64,000 bases of DNA. It comes from an uncultured Candidatus Saccharibacteria bacterium. Lineage in GTDB: Bacteria; Patescibacteriota; Minisyncoccia; UBA6257; UBA11618. How positions within the stretch are numbered: position 1 is the stretch's first letter; each line of letters begins with the position of its first letter. Under the pieces are notes generated by a model. That model saw only the letters and a program-made list of their open reading frames with translations. It did no database searches and was not told the DNA's origin. This document shows positions 60,499-64,000 of this stretch, in pieces. The stretch is taken from positions 9,302 to 73,301 of the forward strand of contig CAYICS010000002.1 of the NCBI GenBank assembly GCA_964362125.1, read 5' to 3'. The position numbers and the translations under genes are program-made.

Positions 60499-62132
60499 TG
60501 TTTATGAGTATAACTTTTATAAACGTCCCAGTCAATTTTGAAGACTTGAATCCGCCATTGCGGATTAGGACGGCGATTAGAATAAACTTCCTGAAAATAA
60601 GAAGGGATTTCTTCGCCGGAATAAACCAAAAGATTAATCCTTCGCCAAGCAGTTTCATTAAGAAAATTATCATCAACCGCCAGATGAGTTACCCCGTTCT
60701 TTTTAAGCCATTTCATAGCTGAATCCAAATTCGGGATTAATCCGGGATAAATAATGCTCAATCCGGAAAGCGGCGCCGCCAACTCAAACATCCCCCGACC
60801 GCCGACAGCCGTATCGGGAAAATTCATCATAATTAAATCCGCGCCCGTGCCAATAGCCAATTTACCGCGGATTTTTTGAGAAATCTCCCGAGCCCACTGA
60901 AAATTATCCCGAAATAATTTTCTTTGGTTAAAAATATTAAAGAGATCATAATTTAAATAATAATAAGTCCCCACCACCGCCTCCCCGAGAAAAACCAATA
61001 AAATCAACCATAATAATATTTTCCTGCCGGTTATTTTTAAAAAATCAATAATGCCGGCTGTTGCTAAAATAATAACCACCGGCAAAGTATGATAAAGATA
61101 GCGATAAGTGCCAAGAACGGCGAAAACCGGAATAAAAATTATCAGCCAGATTAATAAAAACCAGGAAAGAAAAACAGCCGGCCAATCACGATTTCTTAAA
61201 ACGCCCCAGAAGAAAAACAATAAAAGCACCGGGGAGATGATAAAAAGGATATAAAAGGCCAAAATTTGCAAAAGACCGTAGAAGAAAAATTTATTAAAAA
61301 ACTTCTGGAAAAAACCGCTGGAAAAAAAATCAGTTAAGGTTGGCGAAAGGAACATTTTACCCCAAAGCTGTTCGTAATTATCAACGAGGAATTTATCGTT
61401 TTCTCCATAACTAAAGGCCGATCCGAAATAAATATATCTTTGATAAAGAAAAGGGGCGGCAATTAAAAAAAACAATAAAATAATATAAACAAGATAGCGC
61501 CAACTTAGCGGCGGCCGCATTTTTTTCAAAAAGAAAAATCCCAGAAGGACGATTATCAGACTAACCAGCCCTTGTGGTTTTACCCAATAAGAAAGACCGG
61601 CAAAGGTTGCCGCCAGCAGAATATAATTAGGATTCTCCTTTGCTTTAAAAATAAAACAAATGGAAATTAACAAAAATAAAGTAAAAAGCGGCTCGGCGAA
61701 TCCCAGCCAAGGCAATTTAAAAAAGGCGTCGCTGATTATAAAAAGAAAAAGTGACAGCAGCCAACTTTTTTCGCCGGGCAGAGTCTTCTGACTAAGATAG
61801 GCCAAGGGGAAAATAACCAGACCGGCGGTAAAAATATAAAGGAAGGTAACCCAGAGCATATTTTCGTAAATAGAAGGACTGGCGAAAAAATAAAAAAATG
61901 GTGCCAGAAAAATCGGCCAGCCAATAGCATGAGTTTTAATAGGCGCCCAATCCCCCTTGGTTATTTCTAAAGCTTTTAATAGGTAAATGTAACCATCGTA
62001 TCTTATAACAAAGCCGTTGCTTTCATTGAAATAAACCATTCCCCACTTCAAAACCAGAAAAACCAGAAATAAAATCAGCAGAACCAGCAGACGACGTTTA
62101 TCCAAGATTTCTGAAAAAGCGGCTAATGACAT
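60495..62132 (-). CDS. GT-C-fold glycosyltransferase (ArnT/PMT-like, GT39/GT83 type)
   Basis: 545 aa with an N-terminal multi-TM region carrying a DGY(I)Y motif in the first loop. A C-terminal extracytoplasmic domain follows. Confidence 0.5.
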   Translation of the reverse strand: MSLAAFSEILDKRRLLVLLILFLVFLVLKWGMVYFNESNGFVIRYDGYIYLLKALEITKGDWAPIKTHAIGWPIFLAPFFYFFASPSIYENMLWVTFLYIFTAGLVIFPLAYLSQKTLPGEKSWLLSLFLFIISDAFFKLPWLGFAEPLFTLFLLISICFIFKAKENPNYILLAATFAGLSYWVKPQGLVSLIIVLLGFFFLKKMRPPLSWRYLVYIILLFFLIAAPFLYQRYIYFGSAFSYGENDKFLVDNYEQLWGKMFLSPTLTDFFSSGFFQKFFNKFFFYGLLQILAFYILFIISPVLLLFFFWGVLRNRDWPAVFLSWFLLIWLIIFIPVFAVLGTYRYLYHTLPVVIILATAGIIDFLKITGRKILLWLILLVFLGEAVVGTYYYLNYDLFNIFNQRKLFRDNFQWAREISQKIRGKLAIGTGADLIMMNFPDTAVGGRGMFELAAPLSGLSIIYPGLIPNLDSAMKWLKKNGVTHLAVDDNFLNETAWRRINLLVYSGEEIPSYFQEVYSNRRPNPQWRIQVFKIDWDVYKSYTHKQ

Positions 62133-62911
62133 ATAATGTCTTTATGAAAATAGAAGAAATCAGTCAATTTGTGAAGGGGGTAGACGGCTGGTTGACTGAT
62201 AAAGAAGGGCGATTGCTCTACCATTTGGCCAAAAACTGCCGCGGCCATGGAGTGATCGTGGAAATCGGTTCCTGGAAAGGCAAGTCAACGATTTGGCTGG
62301 CGGCCGGCGCCAAAGCCGGCAAGAAAATCCCCGTCTATGCCATTGACCATCATAAGGGCTCGCCTGAACACTATCAATGGTATGGCGCCAAAGACATTTG
62401 GACTTTTGATGAATTTCAAAAAAATCTGGCGCTGGCCGGAGTGGCTGACATAGTGATACCGGTGGTGAAAACCTCGGCGGCGGCCGCTAAAGATTTTAAT
62501 CAGCCGGTGGAATTAATATTTATAGACGGCGCCCATCAATATGAGCTGGTTAAACTGGATTTTGAACTTTGGTTTCCCAAACTAATTGAAGGGGGGGTAA
62601 TGGTTGTTCACGATACGGCCGGCTGGGCACCCTGGCCCGGCCCTATAAAAATGGTCAAAGAAAAAATTTACCACTCGCTTTATTTTAAGGATATTGGTTT
62701 GGTTCACTCCATCACTTTTGCCAAAAAAGTCAAAATCAATAGCCCCCAAGACCGCTGGAAAAATCAATTAATGTCTTTTATCAGATTTCCTTCGGAAATA
62801 ATCGGCAAATTAAATTTAAAAATTATTCTCTTGATTAAATCAATTAAGATGAAGAAGAAAGGATTGGACGCTCCAGCCGCAACGATAGAAAGACACAGCC
62901 AGCCATTGTGA
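62126..62911 (+). CDS. Class I SAM methyltransferase, Methyltransf_24 / TylF-like O-methyltransferase
   Basis: Carries VIVEIGSWKGKST and IFIDGAHQYE. Confidence 0.55.
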   Translation: MTYNVFMKIEEISQFVKGVDGWLTDKEGRLLYHLAKNCRGHGVIVEIGSWKGKSTIWLAAGAKAGKKIPVYAIDHHKGSPEHYQWYGAKDIWTFDEFQKNLALAGVADIVIPVVKTSAAAAKDFNQPVELIFIDGAHQYELVKLDFELWFPKLIEGGVMVVHDTAGWAPWPGPIKMVKEKIYHSLYFKDIGLVHSITFAKKVKINSPQDRWKNQLMSFIRFPSEIIGKLNLKIILLIKSIKMKKKGLDAPAATIERHSQPL

Positions 62912-62948
62912 GTTTTGGCTTAGCCATTCATAGAATCATGGCCCCTGA

Positions 62949-64000
62949 TCATTTAATCCAGGCGAAAGTCGCGTGTTTATGACCCCAAAAGCTCCACCAC
63001 ATTACTATAAAAACTGAAGCTGCTTTGGCTAAAAGATAATGCCAACCGGCAGTCTCCACGAGAAAATAAAGAATTAACTGGTTAATCCCTAAACCAATGA
63101 CGGCGACGCCGGCAAAAATGCCAAATTGAGAGAAAACGCGGCGGCTTTGATTGTTAAAATTAAACCACTTATTGAGAGAAAAATTGATAACCATTCCGGC
63201 AAGATAAGAAACGACGGCAGAGAGAAAATACCAGATTTTAAAAATATCGGTCAGTACGAACAAAATCAGAAAGTCGACGATGGTGGCGATGCCGGCAAAT
63301 ACTATGTAAAGAGAGAATCGAATATCCACTTTAGGCAATTCGCCCTTAATATGCCCCCTTTCTTGATATTCTTCTTCGGCGCCGATCTCATTCAGATCGT
63401 ATCTTCGACCATCAACAATTGACCGGGCCGCCATAAAACCCATTTCCAAAGAATGATCCTGATTGTTATAACGAAATCTTCCCGGCCGACCGATATAAAA
63501 AAGATTCTCAAATTGATCCAGATAATTCTTGACCAAACCGATGTATTCTTTATAGTTTAAATCGTAAATCGGATAAACTTTTTTCTGTTTAATCAGATAG
63601 CTGTTTCTCACTTCCGATCTTTGGATAAAACCCAGCGGTTCCAAATAACTGACAACCAATTCCAGCAATTCTTCTTTGCTTTTATTCCAAATCTCATCGC
63701 CTTCAAAACAAAAAAATTCCACAAAGAGCGATGTCTTGCCGTGAGGGCTCATTTTTTGGCTGAAGTTTTTCATCTCGCTGATGCGGCCGATGGGAATGTG
63801 AATTTCCGGAAAATAAATCCACTGGTCGCCAGTAACATAATCTTTATCCAAAGTCATAAAAAGATAAACCTGATCGCGGTAGTTTATCTTTTTTTGGGCT
63901 GCCAATATTTCTTTTGGCGGCGAGGGATCCAGTAAATCTAAAAATTCCTTGATGGGAATAGATTCAACTAAATACCTCGGGGAAGCAAACAATTGTTGTC
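62949..64000 (-). CDS. Partial gene with its N-terminus beyond the window. The C-terminal part of a FAD/NAD-binding oxidoreductase (UDP-galactopyranose-mutase or amine-oxidase-like) is fused to a GtrA-like 4-TM domain.
   Basis: The frame is open through nt 64000. YIGRPGRFRYNNQDHSLEMGFMAARSI resembles the C-terminus of an FAD oxidoreductase. The last ~120 aa are GtrA-like (NFSLNKWFNFNN). Confidence 0.5.
   Translation of the reverse strand, partial: QQLFASPRYLVESIPIKEFLDLLDPSPPKEILAAQKKINYRDQVYLFMTLDKDYVTGDQWIYFPEIHIPIGRISEMKNFSQKMSPHGKTSLFVEFFCFEGDEIWNKSKEELLELVVSYLEPLGFIQRSEVRNSYLIKQKKVYPIYDLNYKEYIGLVKNYLDQFENLFYIGRPGRFRYNNQDHSLEMGFMAARSIVDGRRYDLNEIGAEEEYQERGHIKGELPKVDIRFSLYIVFAGIATIVDFLILFVLTDIFKIWYFLSAVVSYLAGMVINFSLNKWFNFNNQSRRVFSQFGIFAGVAVIGLGINQLILYFLVETAGWHYLLAKAASVFIVMWWSFWGHKHATFAWIK

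Overview
This 64 kb, AT-rich bacterial segment reads as one very long surface-glycan / glycoconjugate biosynthesis locus. Housekeeping genes occupy only the first 5 kb: the 3' part of dnaE, a short-form thrS, and gatB. From about 5 kb to the end of the window there are at least 13 glycosyltransferases, counting GT2, GT4 and GT-B-like, one GT11 alpha-1,2-fucosyltransferase, a CgeB-like protein and the polytopic GT-C/ArnT-like membrane proteins. These sit alongside complete nucleotide-sugar modules. One module makes a CDP-3,6-dideoxyhexose (rfbF, a fused RfbG-RfbH, a reductase and an RmlC-like cupin). One makes GDP-L-fucose (gmd, fcl). One appears to make an N-formylated, C-methylated amino sugar (aminotransferase, formyltransferase, C-methyltransferase, UDP-xylose-synthase-like). 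One looks like a nonulosonic-acid (Kdn/NulO-type) pathway, with a NeuB-like synthase, a NeuA-like cytidylyltransferase, three KdsC-family phosphatases (one fused to a LOG-like domain), paralogous SDRs and a B12-binding radical SAM enzyme. A Wzx-like flippase, about eight SAM methyltransferases (one fused to a 2OG-Fe(II) oxygenase, one membrane-anchored), an AsnB-type amidotransferase, and discoidin/FN3/peptidoglycan-binding surface proteins complete the locus. Two copies of a roughly 235 bp MITE-like palindromic repeat, in inverted orientation, flank a four-gene GT4 cassette. Two pseudogene remnants, near-identical 5' ends of paralogues and several higher-GC genes point to recent duplication and acquisition. 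I found no rRNA, tRNA or CRISPR, and no integrase or transposase gene.
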